Assembly: GCA_963665845.2 (NCBI GenBank) | Contig: OY762492.1 | Coordinates: 3,520,001-3,584,000, forward strand | Length of the DNA stretch: 64,000 bases | Direction of reading: 5' to 3' | Source: Candidatus Poribacteria bacterium | GTDB taxonomy: Bacteria; Poribacteria; WGA-4E; GCA-2687025 | In this document: in pieces, positions 26,653 through 36,950 of the stretch | How positions within the stretch are numbered: position 1 is the first letter of the stretch | Layout: each line of letters starts with the position of its first letter | The notes under the pieces: generated by a model | Seen by the model: only the letters and a program-made list of their open reading frames with translations | Database searches by the model: none | Told to the model about the DNA's origin: nothing | Position numbers and translations under genes: made by a program

Positions 26653-29382
26653 ATGAAAAAAGTTGCGGCGGCGTTCTGTTTCGTCTTCATACTTGCGCCG
26701 CTTTTCGCCAAGGACCCGATGCGCTTCAAGCGCGACATCTATCCTGTCCTGCAGGCGAAATGCATGGCATGCCACGGAGCCGACCCTGACGAACTGCGCG
26801 GCGGGTTCGACCTATCTACCCGCGCGCTGATGATCGCGGGCGGCGACTCCGGCAAACCCGCCGTTCTCCCAGGCGACCCCGACAACAGCCCGCTCTACCG
26901 CGCCGTTCAATGGCAAGACCCGCATCTGCGCATGCCCCCCAAGAAGAACGACCGCTTGACCGACGAGCAGGTCGAAGCGATACGGCTCTGGATACTGGAA
27001 GGCGCCGACTGGAATCTGAACCCGACGCCGATCAGCTGGGACGCGCCGCCGGACGCGCACGGGCGAAAGCCGATCCCAACAAGCGGCGGACTGGCGGACG
27101 AATGGACATACAGGCTTTACCGCCCCGACGACCTGTGGGCGTTTCAGCCGCTGACGCGCCCCGCTGTCCCGCAGATAGAGGGGGTTGACCATCCGATTGA
27201 CGCCTTTATACAGCGCAGATTGCGCGAAGAGGGTCTTGAAACGGCGCCGCCAGCCAGCCGAAGAGACCTCATCCGGCGCGTCTCGTACAACCTGACGGGG
27301 CTGCCTCCGACGGCGGAGCAGATCGCCGCTTTTGAACAGGACATCGAAGACGGCGCCTTCATGCGTCTAGTGGAGCGGCTTTTGGCAAGCCCTCAATACG
27401 GCGAGCATTGGGGGCGGCGATGGCTGGATGTGGCGCGGTATGCGGACACAGGCGGATTTTCCAACGATTATGAGCGCCCAAACGCATGGCGCTACCGAGA
27501 CTATGTGATTCGGGCGTTCAACGAAGACAAACCGTACGATCAGTTTGTGAAGGAGCAGATTGCGGGCGACAACATGGACGGGGGCGGTTTGGAGCCGCTG
27601 ATTGCAGTCGGTTTTCTGCGCATGGGGCCATGGGAGCAGACCGGCATGAGCGTCAGCGCCGAGACGCGCCAGTTCTTTTTAGACGACGCGACCAACAGCG
27701 TCGGCGCTGCGTTTTTGTCGATACCGCTGCGCTGCGCCCGCTGCCATGACCATAAAACAGACCCGATCCCGACGCGCGATTTTTACCGGGTACAGGCGGC
27801 GTTTGCGACGGCGCAATTTGCGGAGCGGGATGTTCCGTTTCTACCAAGTGAAAATACCGCTCGTTTTGAGGAGGGGCGTCAGCGCATTGAGGCGCTGTTG
27901 AACGAAACGAAGGCGCAGCAGTCGGCGCTAAACGCGAAGGAAGAAGAGGCGGCGCGCAAATGGATGGAGGAGCGCGGTCTGGAGTACCTCCCGTTCAAAG
28001 AGCGGCAGAAGCTGCCGAAAGACCAGAAACCGCCGCTCGCCTACGGGCTAACCTATCAAGACCTCGGAACGCGCAAGGCTCTCAACAAGCGCGCTCGAAT
28101 TCTGGCGTGGCAGCTGGATCGTTACCGCCCCATCGCGTTGAGCGTGTACGACGGGCCGACGGCCCCGACCGGCAACATCGGAGCGCGCATCCGCATGCCG
28201 GAGTCGGTCGAAGGGGAGCCGGTCGATACGTTCATATTGGGCGGCGGATCGATTCATTCGCCGGGCGAATCGGTGAATCCAGGCGCGTTGAGCGTCATCG
28301 AGATGGCGGAGGGTCCCGCCGCGTCGATGCCTGACGGGTTGAAGGGTCGGCGGCTCGCGCTGGCGGAATGGATCGCGGACGAGGGCAATCCGCTCGCGGC
28401 GCGCTCCATTGTGAACCGCGTCTGGCAGTGGCATTTTGGGCGCGGGCTGGCGGCAAACTCGAACAACTTCGGCGCGACCGGCGCCAAGCCGACACATCCT
28501 GAACTGCTGGACTGGCTCGCCTCGTATTTCATCGACAGCGGCGGGTCGTTTAAAGAGCTGCATCGTCTCATTCTTAGTTCCGAGACCTATCGGCAGTCGG
28601 CGTCAAGCCCCGATCTGGCGGAGACGCTGGCGCTGGACCCGCGGAATGAGCTGCTGGCGCGTTTCGCGTCCCGGCGTTTGACCTCCGAGGAGCTGCGCGA
28701 CAGCATGCTGCATGCGTCCGGCGAGCTGCGCATGGAGATGGGCGGTCTGCCCATTTTCCCGGAGATGAATCTAGAGGCGGCGCTGGTGCCGAGGCATATC
28801 ATGGGTTCCATCGGGCCGGCGTATCAGCCCTCTAGAACGCGCGATGAACGGCATCGCCGCTCGGCGTATGCGTACCGTTACCGCGGGCTGTCGGACCCGT
28901 GGATGGAGGCGTTCAACCAGCCGGACGCGAACGCGGCATGCGAAATGCGCGAGTCGTCCATCGTGACGCCGCAGGCGTTCGCGCTCATGAACAGCCATTC
29001 CAGCCAGGACAGGGCGCTCGCCATGGCGGCGCAGATCGAAACGGAACGGCATGAGCCGACAGGTCAAATTGAGCGCGCTTTTCAACGCGCCTTCGGACGC
29101 AGCCCGACCGACGCGGAACGGCACAGCGCCGAACAGTATCTCAAGGCGGCGGAGAAACGGCATGAAACCCGCATGCCGACGCCGTACGTCTACCCAACCA
29201 GCGTTGAGCGCGAGATGATTGAAGAGATGACCGGCGAGCCGTTTCTCTATGTCGAACGGCTGGACATTTACGAGAACTATGAAGCGGATTTGAAGCCGTG
29301 GGAGGCGCCGCCGCGGACGCGCGCGCTCGCCGACCTGTGCCTGCTGCTGCTGAACGCGAACGAGTTTATCTACATCTACTGA
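26653..29382 (+). CDS. Planctomycete cytochrome c + DUF1549 + DUF1553 (PSCyt/PSD1) protein
   Basis: Signal peptide MKKVAAAF; CMACH, MPP, WI.EGA; HPIDAFI, YGEHWGRRWLDVARYADT, CARCHDHK, VNRVWQWHFGRGL and P.HPELLDWLA. Confidence 0.92.
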   Translation: MKKVAAAFCFVFILAPLFAKDPMRFKRDIYPVLQAKCMACHGADPDELRGGFDLSTRALMIAGGDSGKPAVLPGDPDNSPLYRAVQWQDPHLRMPPKKNDRLTDEQVEAIRLWILEGADWNLNPTPISWDAPPDAHGRKPIPTSGGLADEWTYRLYRPDDLWAFQPLTRPAVPQIEGVDHPIDAFIQRRLREEGLETAPPASRRDLIRRVSYNLTGLPPTAEQIAAFEQDIEDGAFMRLVERLLASPQYGEHWGRRWLDVARYADTGGFSNDYERPNAWRYRDYVIRAFNEDKPYDQFVKEQIAGDNMDGGGLEPLIAVGFLRMGPWEQTGMSVSAETRQFFLDDATNSVGAAFLSIPLRCARCHDHKTDPIPTRDFYRVQAAFATAQFAERDVPFLPSENTARFEEGRQRIEALLNETKAQQSALNAKEEEAARKWMEERGLEYLPFKERQKLPKDQKPPLAYGLTYQDLGTRKALNKRARILAWQLDRYRPIALSVYDGPTAPTGNIGARIRMPESVEGEPVDTFILGGGSIHSPGESVNPGALSVIEMAEGPAASMPDGLKGRRLALAEWIADEGNPLAARSIVNRVWQWHFGRGLAANSNNFGATGAKPTHPELLDWLASYFIDSGGSFKELHRLILSSETYRQSASSPDLAETLALDPRNELLARFASRRLTSEELRDSMLHASGELRMEMGGLPIFPEMNLEAALVPRHIMGSIGPAYQPSRTRDERHRRSAYAYRYRGLSDPWMEAFNQPDANAACEMRESSIVTPQAFALMNSHSSQDRALAMAAQIETERHEPTGQIERAFQRAFGRSPTDAERHSAEQYLKAAEKRHETRMPTPYVYPTSVEREMIEEMTGEPFLYVERLDIYENYEADLKPWEAPPRTRALADLCLLLLNANEFIYIY

Positions 29383-29406
29383 AAAGGGCGACGGAAGGAA
29401 CGCAAC

Positions 29407-30846
29407 ATGAAAGATCGGACGCACGCGCAATTGAGCCGATACGGGATACGGGAGATGAGCCGCCGGGAGTTCTTTTTTGGGTTGGGAGCGAGCGTCGGCG
29501 CCGCGGCGTTCAGCAGCTTGTTGACGCGCGAAGCGTCCGCCGCCGTAGACACCCCGCTCGCCGCAAAGCCGCCCATGTTTCCCGCCAAAGCGAAGGCATG
29601 CATCTGGCTCACCATGGAGGGCGGACCGAGCCACATCGACACGTTCGACCCGAAGCCGAAACTGGCGGAGCTGCATATGACGCAGTTTGAGCGGCGCGGC
29701 AAGGCGTTTTCGCCGATGGCGCAGGGCAAGCGGTATTATGTCCAAAGCCCGTTCAAAAGCCGAAAGGTCGGAAAGTCGGGCGCGGACATGTGCGATCAGT
29801 TTCAGCATTTGCCCGCTGTCGCGGACGACATCTGCTTCTACCGAGGCTGTCAAGGCGAGTCGGTCGATCATCCGACCGCGTTGTACCATATGAACACGGG
29901 GGCAAAATTCGGCGGCGACCCTGCCGTCGGCGCCTGGGTGACGTACGGGCTGGGGACGCTCAACGAGAACCTGCCGGCGTTCATCGTTCTCCCGGAGGTT
30001 GCCCATCCGCAGGGCGGCGCGGGGAACTGGTCAAACGGCTTTCTGCCTGCCCATTATCAAGCGACGCCGCTGCGCTCCAAAGGCTCGCCCATCTTGAACC
30101 TGACGCCCCCTGACGGCGGCGACCCCGACCATCAGCGGCGCGGGCTGGAACTGCTGAACGAGCTGAACGATTACCACGCCGAGCATCGCCCAAACGCCGC
30201 CGACCTGAACGCGCGCATGGAAAGCTACGAACTGGCGTTTCGCATGCAGATGGAGGCGCCGGACGCGCTGGACATCTCCGGCGAAAATGAAAAAACGCGC
30301 GATATGTACGGAATCGGCGAGAAGGCGACCGACGCCTTCGGACGAAAATGCCTGCTCGCGCGCCGCCTCGTGGAGCGGGGCGTCCGTTTTGTGCAGCTAT
30401 ACTCAAGCGGATGGGACTCGCACGACTACCTAGAGCGGTCGCACAGCGCTCTCATTCACAGCGTCGACAAGCCGATTGCGGCGCTCATTCAGGATCTGAA
30501 ACGGCGCGGAATGCTAGAGGAAACGCTCATCGTCTGGGGCGGCGAATTTGGGCGAAGCCCCGACAACGGCATGCGGCGCGGCGGCGTCGCATACGGGCGC
30601 GACCATAACTCCAACGCGATGGCGGTGTGGCTCGCGGGCGGCGGCGTCAACGCGGGCAGCGTCGTCGGCGCGACGGATGAAATCGGCGAAACAGCCGTCG
30701 AAGCGGCGCGCCCGATACGCGACATCCATGTGACGATCCTGCGCCTGCTCGGTCTAGACGACAGCCAGCTGACCTATTTTCACGGCGGGCGGTATAAGCA
30801 GCTGTCCCAAACGGGCGGGGAAGCGATTGCGGAACTGATTGCTTGA
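29407..30846 (+). CDS. DUF1501 family protein with Tat signal
   Basis: SRREFF, GGPSHIDTFDPKP, LLARRLVERGVRFVQ, WDSH, EFGRSP and GRDH. DUF1501 is the usual partner of DUF1553 proteins. Confidence 0.92.
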   Translation: MKDRTHAQLSRYGIREMSRREFFFGLGASVGAAAFSSLLTREASAAVDTPLAAKPPMFPAKAKACIWLTMEGGPSHIDTFDPKPKLAELHMTQFERRGKAFSPMAQGKRYYVQSPFKSRKVGKSGADMCDQFQHLPAVADDICFYRGCQGESVDHPTALYHMNTGAKFGGDPAVGAWVTYGLGTLNENLPAFIVLPEVAHPQGGAGNWSNGFLPAHYQATPLRSKGSPILNLTPPDGGDPDHQRRGLELLNELNDYHAEHRPNAADLNARMESYELAFRMQMEAPDALDISGENEKTRDMYGIGEKATDAFGRKCLLARRLVERGVRFVQLYSSGWDSHDYLERSHSALIHSVDKPIAALIQDLKRRGMLEETLIVWGGEFGRSPDNGMRRGGVAYGRDHNSNAMAVWLAGGGVNAGSVVGATDEIGETAVEAARPIRDIHVTILRLLGLDDSQLTYFHGGRYKQLSQTGGEAIAELIA

Positions 30847-30864
30847 CAGGGGGGCTATTCCATA

Positions 30865-31285
30865 ACTCCCCCTTGAAAAGGGGGGCAGGGGGGTTTTGCG
30901 CGGTCTGGTTGCGCTTGGTTTTGAACTAGGATTGAAGGATGATTAAGATTGCCAAGATAGCGGTTTGCGGGAATCTCTTGGCAATCTTTTCCATCTTGGC
31001 AATCCTAGTTCAGACAGCAGGCGGTTTTGGCGGCGCCTAAGATTCCCGCTTGCGCGGGAATGCATGTCCTCGCGGAAGCGGGGAACGATTTGAGCCGCCG
31101 GACGCTTGGGGTGAACGCGGACAGTTTCGGCGGCGCCTAAGATTCCCGCTTGCGCGGGAATGACGCTTTGGGCTGCCGGACGCTTGAGGGGAACGCGGAC
31201 GGTTTCGGCGGCGGCTAAGATTCCCGCTTACGCGGGAATGACAGGAAGAGGGCGCGGGAATGACCCCCGTTTTCACGGGGGCAGG
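30865..31285. repeat. Composite repeat: hairpin unit, long palindrome (30908-31015) and three tandem REP-containing units
   Basis: REP copies at about 31040-31062, 31140-31165 and 31219-31242 have related spacers (GCCGGACGCTTG.GG.GAACGCGGAC.GTTTC). Additional hairpin CCCCCGTTTTCACGGGGG at 31264-31281. Confidence 0.88.
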
Positions 31286-34200
31286 CTATGAGGGCGGCGA
31301 TAGCGGAGGGAGGGCGTTGACGATCTCAACGGTCTTGAGGCTGACGGAAACGACGCGCTTGATCAGCTCTAGGATGTAGCGTTCGTTGTCGGGGCGGTTC
31401 GGGTCGTTTAGGATGCCGCTTCGCTTGTCCGTCTTCACCTGATACTGATTGACGACCCACTCCAGCGCCGACCGATTCCCCAGACGATACTCCAGCGCCG
31501 CAGGCGGTATGCCCGACAGCGTCAAATAATCGTTATATAGAATCGAGCGCTTGTCTTTGGAGAGGCGCATCTTCTCGACCAGCAAATCGACCGGCGCGTC
31601 TTTCTTCTCTTCCGTTTGCAGCGGATACGAGTCCGCCGACTCGTAGTTCACATGCAGATCTGCCAACGCCGCCCCCGCCGACGCAAACGCCCGGAATTCC
31701 GGCGCCAACGGAATATGCGGCAGGTCGCGCTTCAGATTCTTCTCATAACGCTCTCGATAATCGGGATGATGCAGCAGCCCGTAGACGTAATGGAAAATGT
31801 CCCAGCGCGAAATGGACGGATCGCCGTAATGCGAACGGAAAGCGGACAACGCCCAATCGGTGATGTTTTCGCGCCGGTTGGAACCTTCCTCGTCGTAGGT
31901 GTAGAACGGAAACGATTGACAGGAATCAATGATGCCGAGACACGGTATCACATCCACCATCAAGGGATGAAAAGGTTTCTTACTTCCGATGCCGTTGACA
32001 CAGATTACCCGATTTTCATGTTCAGCCGCAGGGGTTGGAAAAATGGAGGGAAATACGTATACGCGCTCCGTCATCATTCTGTGGAAATAAAGGTTTGACT
32101 TGGTAAAGGGCCGATAAACGGAATCCCTCATATTTTCTTGTGAAAAATCAGCGGCTCGCCCGCTTCGCAAGTTTCGTTTGAGCGATTCACTCCAGCTGAT
32201 TTTTGTATCGTCGTACCTCAAAAAATCATCCAACTTTGCGGCATCGTCGCCGCGCCGTTTCCACCTGTCCATTTCGGCATTGTAGTTTTCGATCATCCGC
32301 TGAACGTTGGAGGCAAGGGCGTTTCGGTTGAAGTTGTAAGCCCAAGCGTCGCGGCAAGTAACCACCCCTCGGCTATAAGTTTTGAAGATTGCATCAACGG
32401 CTTCCTCTTTTGACGCTTTCGCTTCCTTCGTTCCTATCGGGGTAAAGGTCTCGAACTCGGCGCGCATGCCGTCGGTCAACCAAGTATGCTTTGAATCTGT
32501 CTCCGTCCGCTTCATTGGAACGCTTGAGTAGCCTTCAAATTTGTTTAAAAGCTCTTGCTTCTCCTGCGCTTTCATGTAGTCGTCAACGGAGTAGATCGAC
32601 ACTTCAACCTCGTCAGAGGAGGCGTCAGCTTTTTTAATGAAAAACGAAATCCCGACGCCGACCCTAATCTGATCGTCAAATACGTTTCCGCCTTCTTGCC
32701 GTCTCCGCTCTCCGGACGTGCGCGCGTTTCCTTTCAGGTTGATATGGTAGATCTTCGTAAAATCCTGCGCCAAATGCTTGCGCATGCCGTCAAAAGCGAT
32801 GCCGTCCAGAAAGCCGTTGTTCGTCACGAATGCAACGACTCCCTCCTCTTTAATGCGGTCGGACGCCCACCGAATCGCTTTTATATACGGATCGTAAAGC
32901 ATGTTTTTATTCGTGGCTTTAGAATCGGCGACGTAAGTGTCCCGGACGCGCTTATCCATGACTTCGTACTTGCGGTTCTTATTGTTGTCGTTCTCGTTCA
33001 CCTGCCCCGCGTTATACGGCGGATTTCCGATCACAACGAACATATCCGCTTCCTTCTGCTTCTTGACGCGCTCCGTATTTTCTGGCGTCAGCAGTTGTCT
33101 CTGCAGCGGCTCCAGCATTTCAAAGGTGTCGGCGAGGACGATCCCTTCAAACGGCAAATACCGCCGCATCCGCTGATAATACCCCTGCTCGATGTTCAGG
33201 CTGGCGATGTAGTAGGGCAGGAGCATCACCTCGTTGCAGTGCAGCTCATGGGCGTATTTATGCCGCAGCGCCGTTCCGTCGATTTCGCGCATGAGCCGGA
33301 CGATGAAATTGCCGGTGCCGACAAACGGGTCGATGATATGGACGCCTTCGCTGGAGAGGCTTCTGCCGAATTCGGCGTCCAGGATATGCTGAACGCTGTT
33401 GACCATGAAGTCGACGATCGGCTGCGGCGTGTAGACGATGCCGTGCGTGTCAGCCACATCTTTGGAGTAGCTTTGAAAAAAGGTTTCATAGCATGCGTTC
33501 AGCAGCTCCTGTTTTTCGGAGAACTTGGTTCGGGTCTTGGCGGCGTTTTCGATGTTCTGATAATGCGGGTCGAGCGGCGACAGGAAATCGTCTCGGCTGA
33601 ACGCTTGCTGCGTGAGCGCGTCCACCACCTTTTCGATCTCTTGGGCGATGATGTTTCGGCGTGTGAAATCGGAGTTGTGGAAGATCGTTCTGAAGACCCG
33701 CTCCATGATGATATGCTGAATGAGCATCTCTTCGACCGCTTCTTCGGACAGGTCGGGGTTGACGGCGTCTTTGCAGACGTCGTAGAAGGCGCCGAACGTT
33801 TCGGCGAAGGCGCCGTCTTCTTCCCGCTGCGTTTGGATGATGCGTTTCAGTTTATCGGCGATTTGCGGGACCCGCTCTCGGAACTGGGCGGCTCCCGCGT
33901 CCCAGTTTTCGATGTCGGGCGTTCTGTAGTTGAAAAGCTGGTTCAGCGCCTTGACCAGGTTCGCTTTGACGGCGATGTCGACATCCAGCGTCTTTTGTTC
34001 GTTTTGGAACAGGACGGCGCGCTTCGGCGTTTGGAATAAAATGTTTTGGAACGGGTAGCCCGCTTCGCGCTTCTCGTCTATCGCTTTGTCGAGGTTGTCA
34101 TGGATGTCTTTCGCTTCCCAGTAGGCGAAGACGACGCCCGATTCGTGCAGCGCGGCTCCGTCGATGGAGATGGCGCCGCGGCTGCCTTTCATGCGGTATT

Positions 34201-34372
34201 CGCGCTGGAATGTGGCGTTCATCTTTTTTGCGCAGTACTGCATGAGCGCATAGAACGGTCCGCTGACGGCGCCTTCTTGGTCGGCGCCGTGGGCGTCCAG
34301 GTCGTTCATGTCGGCGTAATAATCCTTGACGGCTTTAAGCGATGGCGAGAGGTTTAGTTTCGGCATGGGCAT
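31286..34372 (-). CDS. Single-polypeptide restriction-modification enzyme (N6-adenine MTase with type ISP-like specificity domain and N-terminal nuclease, no helicase)
   Basis: IDG...YWEAKD (nuclease-like), GIVYTP, IIDPFVGTGNF (motif I), VIGNPPY (motif IV), YRPF, RENITDWAL and EY.LGNRSALEWV (type ISP C-terminus). Confidence 0.88.
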   Translation of the reverse strand: MPMPKLNLSPSLKAVKDYYADMNDLDAHGADQEGAVSGPFYALMQYCAKKMNATFQREYRMKGSRGAISIDGAALHESGVVFAYWEAKDIHDNLDKAIDEKREAGYPFQNILFQTPKRAVLFQNEQKTLDVDIAVKANLVKALNQLFNYRTPDIENWDAGAAQFRERVPQIADKLKRIIQTQREEDGAFAETFGAFYDVCKDAVNPDLSEEAVEEMLIQHIIMERVFRTIFHNSDFTRRNIIAQEIEKVVDALTQQAFSRDDFLSPLDPHYQNIENAAKTRTKFSEKQELLNACYETFFQSYSKDVADTHGIVYTPQPIVDFMVNSVQHILDAEFGRSLSSEGVHIIDPFVGTGNFIVRLMREIDGTALRHKYAHELHCNEVMLLPYYIASLNIEQGYYQRMRRYLPFEGIVLADTFEMLEPLQRQLLTPENTERVKKQKEADMFVVIGNPPYNAGQVNENDNNKNRKYEVMDKRVRDTYVADSKATNKNMLYDPYIKAIRWASDRIKEEGVVAFVTNNGFLDGIAFDGMRKHLAQDFTKIYHINLKGNARTSGERRRQEGGNVFDDQIRVGVGISFFIKKADASSDEVEVSIYSVDDYMKAQEKQELLNKFEGYSSVPMKRTETDSKHTWLTDGMRAEFETFTPIGTKEAKASKEEAVDAIFKTYSRGVVTCRDAWAYNFNRNALASNVQRMIENYNAEMDRWKRRGDDAAKLDDFLRYDDTKISWSESLKRNLRSGRAADFSQENMRDSVYRPFTKSNLYFHRMMTERVYVFPSIFPTPAAEHENRVICVNGIGSKKPFHPLMVDVIPCLGIIDSCQSFPFYTYDEEGSNRRENITDWALSAFRSHYGDPSISRWDIFHYVYGLLHHPDYRERYEKNLKRDLPHIPLAPEFRAFASAGAALADLHVNYESADSYPLQTEEKKDAPVDLLVEKMRLSKDKRSILYNDYLTLSGIPPAALEYRLGNRSALEWVVNQYQVKTDKRSGILNDPNRPDNERYILELIKRVVSVSLKTVEIVNALPPLSPPS

Positions 34373-34419
34373 GTTTATAGCGCCTTCCGCGGACGGGGTC
34401 AAGCGGCGCATGACTACAG

Positions 34420-34790
34420 ACTCCCCCCTTGAAAAGGGGGGATGGGGGGGGTTTTGAGCGCCCTGGTTGCGCTTGGTTTTGAACTAGGATTGAAGGATGA
34501 TTAAGATTGCCAAGATAGCGGCTCACGGGAATTCTCTTGGCAATCTTTTCAATCTTGGCAATCCTAGTTCAGACGGCAACCGCGGCTAAGATTCCCGCTT
34601 ACGCGGGAATGACGACATGGGGCGCGGAAATGACGACATGGGGCGCGGAAATGACGACATGGGGCGCGGGAATGACGACATGGGGCGCGGGAACGACTCC
34701 CCCTTGAAAAGGGGGGCTGGGGGGGTTTCCGCGGGCGCGGGCAGCGCATGCGGCGGCTAAGATTCCCGCTTGCGCGGGAATGACTACCGG
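34420..34790. repeat. Composite repeat: hairpin unit, long palindrome (34465-34574), REP, four 21-bp tandem units, hairpin and REP
   Basis: Direct copy of the 30865-31015 element; tandem GG(A)AATGACGACATGGGGCGC units at about 34606-34692. Confidence 0.88.
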
Positions 34791-34822
34791 CGGCGCGGAC
34801 GCTTTTGGGTCAATAGATAAGC

Positions 34823-36949
34823 TCAAGGCGCCATGTCGCCGACGACAAGAAATGTGGACGGCTTCATTTTAGCGCCTTTCATCGCGTTCTCCACAAAGAC
34901 GTTCTCTTCCATCTCGGCGATATACCGTCCAGGCTTTAGATGCGCCGCGGGCGATTTTTGCGCCCCTTCGATTTCAGAGACCCAGTCTTGGGAGATGTAC
35001 AGCTGACGCAGCGTTTTGCCGCCGATTTGAACGCCCTTCGTTTCGGTTAAGACCGCTCCAGCGCCGTTTCGGATGTTGGACGCATGATAGAGCTTGCCGT
35101 CATGATCGGCGTACCAAAACGCCTTGACGCCCGCGCCGAGGCGGTTGACAACCTTCAGCTTGCCGCCGTTTCGTTTCAGGTCAATGCGTTCGTTTCGTTC
35201 CTGTATTTTGCGGAATTTGAAATGCAGCGGTACTCTAGGCTGGATCCATTCGCCGCTCCAGCGCTGTCCGTCTGTCCAGTCGATGGATCCGACCGGATGA
35301 TCGTCGGTCCCAACGGGTTGGACTATAACTGTCCAAGAACTTGCCGTCGAAGTTGCGCCGGCAGCGGACTTCGTCGGCGGTACACTCGTTGGAGCCCATG
35401 GCGTAACGGTATAAGCCTCCGATATCGTAGGCGTAGGCGGCGGACCGCTTACCGGTTCCGAAAAAGTAATTGTGGCTGAAAAAGAATCGGGCAGCGACGT
35501 TGCGCTCGGCGCAGGCGTAGGCGACGGACCGATTGTCAGAGCCGAACCCGTAGACCTTATCCTTCCCTGCGGCTTAAACGAATTATAATTGATACCGGAC
35601 ATAATAATATTGACGCCAGGCTGCAAATTGATGCCGGACACCATAATGCCGCCGCTGCCGGACGCCTTAATAATGCCGCCGCTGCTGGATTGGATCGTCA
35701 GCTCCGTTTCTTCATCGAAGAGCAAGCCGTCCGGATGCGCGGACGGCGAATAGTAGCCGACCCAGCCGATCGTGGACGCCGAGCGCGCCGCTTGATCTAA
35801 GTAGGTCAGGCTGCAGATGCGCATACGTTTGCCGTCGTCCCCAATCGCCGCGTAAAAAACGACGAGAACGCATGCAAGCAGCGAAGCGGCGGGAACCGTC
35901 CAGTACAGCTTCATGCGCCGGTCGATTTTTCTAAACAGGTAAATGTTCACAGGTCCGATGAGAACGGCGAGGAGCAGCATCAGAAAAAACATGCGGCGGT
36001 AGCTCGCCAGCTCATCGTACGGCTCCGCTACGGGCAGGACAGCGTTGGCGCCGCTTGGGGTGTAGGTTGCGTTCCATGGATGCTGCGTTTTCTTCCATGA
36101 ATCGTACAGCGAATAGCGAACGGAGCCTTTATGAGGGGGCGGCTGCGCCAAAAAGAGCTGTCCAAATCCGATGTCATACCGCGCTGGCAGCCCGCTTTTC
36201 GGGATGGGGTTCTCCAGCCGCGCGTCAAGGCTCTGCCACTCGTCGGGCAGTTTGCCGCCGCCCATGACCGCGAGGGAGCCGCCGCTTTTCACATATTCCC
36301 ACAGCGCTTCCCGCTCCGCGCCGCTCAACGCCTCCGCCTCATCCAAGGTCAAGAGAATCCCGTCTAGGCTGCCGTAGATGAGCGCATTCGTTTCTAAATC
36401 GCGCCGCCGCATTGTGCCGACCGATCCAGCGCCGGCATTCGAGGGCAGGCGCATCTTTTGGACGCTGTCCATCGCGACGACAGGATCGCTATCGCTGATC
36501 CTGAAATCAGGCGTCTTGGGGTTGTACAAATAGAAGACTCTCCTGGCAAAGCCGGGCAATGGCAGCGGTTCCGTCTGCTTCTGTCCGTCGATCCAGACCG
36601 ACGCCTTGAGATGCCAACTGTTTAGAGTAAGGAACGGCTGACGGATATGGGTATGGACGGCCGCGTTCGGCGCAACCTCAATCGTCCTGGAAAGGGTTTT
36701 GATCGACCCGTCTTCATAAAATGTCTGGCGGCTCGCGTCAGGCTCAATGCGGATCTTGACGCGGCGCGTTTTGTTGGGTGAGCGGTTCTGAACCTGAACG
36801 CCGTAAGAAGCGTAGCCATGGCTTATTTCGTCTCCGACAGGATTGTCTATCGTTATGTCGATATCGCCGTAGCTGCCGCTGGATAAAGCGGATGCGTTCA
36901 GCGCGCATGCGATAAAAATGAGCGCCGCTGCGCAGATGAGTCGCCGCAT
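34823..36949 (-). CDS. Secreted/membrane protein paralogue 1 (GATase-like extracellular domain, 2 TM, C-terminal domain with a 135-aa S/T/P-rich insert)
   Basis: Signal peptide; YGSLDGILL...LWEYVKSGGSL; Y.IGFG; TM pair around LIGPVNIYLF. Confidence 0.8.
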   Translation of the reverse strand: MRRLICAAALIFIACALNASALSSGSYGDIDITIDNPVGDEISHGYASYGVQVQNRSPNKTRRVKIRIEPDASRQTFYEDGSIKTLSRTIEVAPNAAVHTHIRQPFLTLNSWHLKASVWIDGQKQTEPLPLPGFARRVFYLYNPKTPDFRISDSDPVVAMDSVQKMRLPSNAGAGSVGTMRRRDLETNALIYGSLDGILLTLDEAEALSGAEREALWEYVKSGGSLAVMGGGKLPDEWQSLDARLENPIPKSGLPARYDIGFGQLFLAQPPPHKGSVRYSLYDSWKKTQHPWNATYTPSGANAVLPVAEPYDELASYRRMFFLMLLLAVLIGPVNIYLFRKIDRRMKLYWTVPAASLLACVLVVFYAAIGDDGKRMRICSLTYLDQAARSASTIGWVGYYSPSAHPDGLLFDEETELTIQSSSGGIIKASGSGGIMVSGINLQPGVNIIMSGINYNSFKPQGRIRSTGSALTIGPSPTPAPSATSLPDSFSATITFSEPVSGPPPTPTISEAYTVTPWAPTSVPPTKSAAGATSTASSWTVIVQPVGTDDHPVGSIDWTDGQRWSGEWIQPRVPLHFKFRKIQERNERIDLKRNGGKLKVVNRLGAGVKAFWYADHDGKLYHASNIRNGAGAVLTETKGVQIGGKTLRQLYISQDWVSEIEGAQKSPAAHLKPGRYIAEMEENVFVENAMKGAKMKPSTFLVVGDMAP

Positions 36950-36950
36950 C

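Noticed and set aside
134-34692. Tandem 20/21-bp arrays and the triple REP at 31029-31242 as CRISPR arrays
   Set aside because: The units abut with no unique spacers, or the spacers resemble each other. No cas genes are present, and the units are REP fragments.
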